The notes under the pieces: generated by a model
The model's database searches: none
What the model saw: the letters and a program-made list of their open reading frames with translations, nothing else
Told to the model about the DNA's origin: nothing
Part shown: piece by piece, positions 62,554-64,000 of the stretch
Layout: each line of letters starts with the position of its first letter
Numbering within the stretch: position 1 is the stretch's first letter
Position numbers and translations under genes: made by a program
Assembly (NCBI GenBank): GCA_017618175.1
Contig: JAFZUT010000023.1
Coordinates: 10,996-74,995, forward strand
DNA length: 64,000 bases
Direction of reading: 5' to 3'
Source: Alphaproteobacteria bacterium
Lineage (GTDB): Bacteria > Pseudomonadota > Alphaproteobacteria > Rs-D84

Positions 62554-63243
62554 TTAGAAATACCAATCTTCCCTTATTTCCACTTTAATCTTTATTCCAA
62601 ATTCGTGCAACATGTTTTCTACACTATTTTTCATTTTTTCATTTTTAACAACAATCAAAGTTATTTTGCCCAAAGGGACACTTTCGAATACCAGGAATTC
62701 TGCTTGTCGCGCTTCTTTGCGTTTTACATACTTTTCTTCTGTGTCTGAATTTTGAAAGTATTTACAATATCCCGGAAATGGTGAATGTGCCACTGGCAAA
62801 TGCGGTTTTTCGTGTATCAATTCCCAACAAATTTTATCTAAATCTGTCTGGTTGTCATAGAAAGTGGCATATGCCGATACGGCCTGATAATCGGTAAATC
62901 TGAAATCTGTATTCAGCAGATTTAATATATCGGTAACAAAATATATGAAATTATTTTGGTTTGTTTCTTCTGCTTCTGGCACATTTTTGCCGACAACAGA
63001 ATATAACATTGGTGAACGTGGTGCAAAATAAAAGGGCACATAATCATGCAATGTCCGATCACCAGTGCCGACCAGGGTGCGTGCCCGTTTGTCTTGTATA
63101 TTGTTGCATGCGATGTTTATCGGCACAATTTTTTCCCGTCTTAGTACAAGTTTAGATTTTAATGCTTTACTTTGCAGTATGCTTTTCAAGTTTCGAAAAG
63201 CGGTGAAATGAAATACAAAGATTTTATCGGGTATATTTGCCAA
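62554..63243 (-). CDS. darT: DarT DNA ADP-ribosyltransferase toxin (DUF4433)
   Basis: FHFTAFRNLKSIL, LHDYVPFYFAPRSPMLY, and C-terminal QAEFLVFESVPL (catalytic Glu context). Confidence 0.85.
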   Translation of the reverse strand: MANIPDKIFVFHFTAFRNLKSILQSKALKSKLVLRREKIVPINIACNNIQDKRARTLVGTGDRTLHDYVPFYFAPRSPMLYSVVGKNVPEAEETNQNNFIYFVTDILNLLNTDFRFTDYQAVSAYATFYDNQTDLDKICWELIHEKPHLPVAHSPFPGYCKYFQNSDTEEKYVKRKEARQAEFLVFESVPLGKITLIVVKNEKMKNSVENMLHEFGIKIKVEIREDWYF

Positions 63244-63312
63244 TTTTATGCCTTGTCATTATGTTTTATTATATTTGTATATTTTCTTAAAATCAAATTT
63301 ATATTAGATAGT

Positions 63313-63340
63313 ATAAGAAAAGAGCTACCGAGGTAGCTCT
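63313..63340 (-). terminator. Intrinsic terminator of the upstream fibre gene (minus strand)
   Basis: AGAGCTAC-ctcg-GTAGCTCT followed by TTTCTT on the minus strand. Confidence 0.6.
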
Positions 63341-63370
63341 TTCAAGGACACAAGCATAATTTTGGTTAGA

Positions 63371-64000
63371 TTACGGATTGGTTACGTCACCCAATACACC
63401 ACCTTGGTGAGTTGCTGTGGCTATTGTGCGCCAGTGCAATCCATCGGATTCTGCGACCAAAGCACACGGAGCATAATTGGCGTTGCCGCAGATATTTGTA
63501 TTCATTTCCGGAATCGTATTACCACCGGTTGCGTTGTCAATTGCACTATACACAGCGGCCGCGGACGGATATTCGGTTGAGGTCGAATTGCTGTCAACTG
63601 TTTGAGTCTTGTTGGAAACATCTTCCTTCGCAGCCAAACCAGTATAAACTTGACCACCGTTTACCAATCCAGTGTTACCACTTACAATTGAACCAGCGGT
63701 TGCACTAAATGTATTGGTTGTGGTATCCAATGTGATAGTCGTACCATCGGCAGCATATGTTGTAGCAGCTTGGCTAGTTTGGATGGCATCATACACTGCA
63801 TCACCAGTTACCAACGTTGTTGCTCCATCTGCAACGGCACCAGTTGTCGCAGCGATAGCATTGTTGTTGGCATCAATTGAGATGTTGCTACCTGCGGTGT
63901 ATGTGGTATCGGTAAGAGCGATCGTCACATCAGAACCTGTGGCTTGGTTAGCGGTAAATGTTCCCACCGAGGTTCCGTTTTGTGTAACTGTCAATTGACC
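63371..64000 (-). CDS. C-terminal ~210 aa of a large Thr/Ala/Gly-rich fibre/adhesin-like protein (5' end beyond the window)
   Basis: The frame stays open to base 64000. Repeats of the type LVTGDAVYDAI, LVNGGQVYTGL, YPSAAAVYSAI. C-terminal C-x7-C-ALV motif resembles the C..C-[IV]LW motif of paralogs A-C. Confidence 0.7.
   Translation of the reverse strand, partial: GQLTVTQNGTSVGTFTANQATGSDVTIALTDTTYTAGSNISIDANNNAIAATTGAVADGATTLVTGDAVYDAIQTSQAATTYAADGTTITLDTTTNTFSATAGSIVSGNTGLVNGGQVYTGLAAKEDVSNKTQTVDSNSTSTEYPSAAAVYSAIDNATGGNTIPEMNTNICGNANYAPCALVAESDGLHWRTIATATHQGGVLGDVTNP

Noticed and set aside
1-64000. CRISPR arrays, rRNA genes, transposases/integrases, and additional VR copies for the DGR
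   Set aside because: Reading the intergenic regions by eye, I found no regularly spaced direct repeats of CRISPR type. The 12-bp TR tandem and the paired palindromes are not spacer-separated arrays. There are no rRNA-like segments and no recombinase motifs. I found no second copy of the invariant TR 3' end (GACTTCCGTGGGGCCGTCTTCGGGGGTGTCGC). A computational repeat search would be needed to be certain.

Overview
This 64-kb chromosomal window comes from a diderm bacterium with a compact, moderately A+T-rich genome. The gene content is gatCAB, TatA/B/C, LolA, TolB, AsmA, SPOR/FtsL-like/FtsI, a ParE with the GGTDE motif, and a CTTG-N17-type heat-shock promoter before dnaJ. This fits a streamlined alphaproteobacterium best, but that assignment is inference only. 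I can support about 70 protein genes, 2 tRNAs (Lys-CUU, Phe-GAA) and several intrinsic terminators. I found no rRNA, CRISPR array, integrase or transposase. Most genes are tightly packed housekeeping genes: gltX, thrS, trxA, dksA, sufS/T/E and sufB/C in two loci, recJ, nrnA, miaB, ruvX, rpsT, plsY, dprA, dnaA, parE, dnaJ, pgsA, uvrC, dnaN, efp, fba. Accessory content stands out in five ways. (1) A complete diversity-generating retroelement (DGR) lies at 2752-5635. Its 132-bp VR/TR pair differs at 15 positions, all adenines in the TR. It has a DGR-type reverse transcriptase, no recognisable Avd, an unusual 110-aa accessory ORF between TR and RT, and a (Cys-Ala-Asn-Asn)x3 tandem repeat inside the TR. 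(2) The DGR target belongs to a secreted, fibre-like protein family with at least three more members in the window. Two of these are preceded by a ~150-bp, ~93%-identical non-coding element carrying AAAAAGGTACCTTTTT palindromes. (3) A DarT-DarG toxin-antitoxin/defence pair lies at 61525-63243. A BrnA-like antitoxin gene paired with an unknown 319-aa protein lies at 58006-59211. (4) Two paralogous Cys-motif genes are inserted between gatC and gatA, and an antisense tRNA-Phe sits between gatA and gatB. (5) There is an isolated TcpQ-like plus lipoprotein-secretin pair, an orphan pilin-like gene and an orphan VirB2-like gene, and two families of short intergenic repeats. All functional calls rest on motif recognition by eye. 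No database searches were run.
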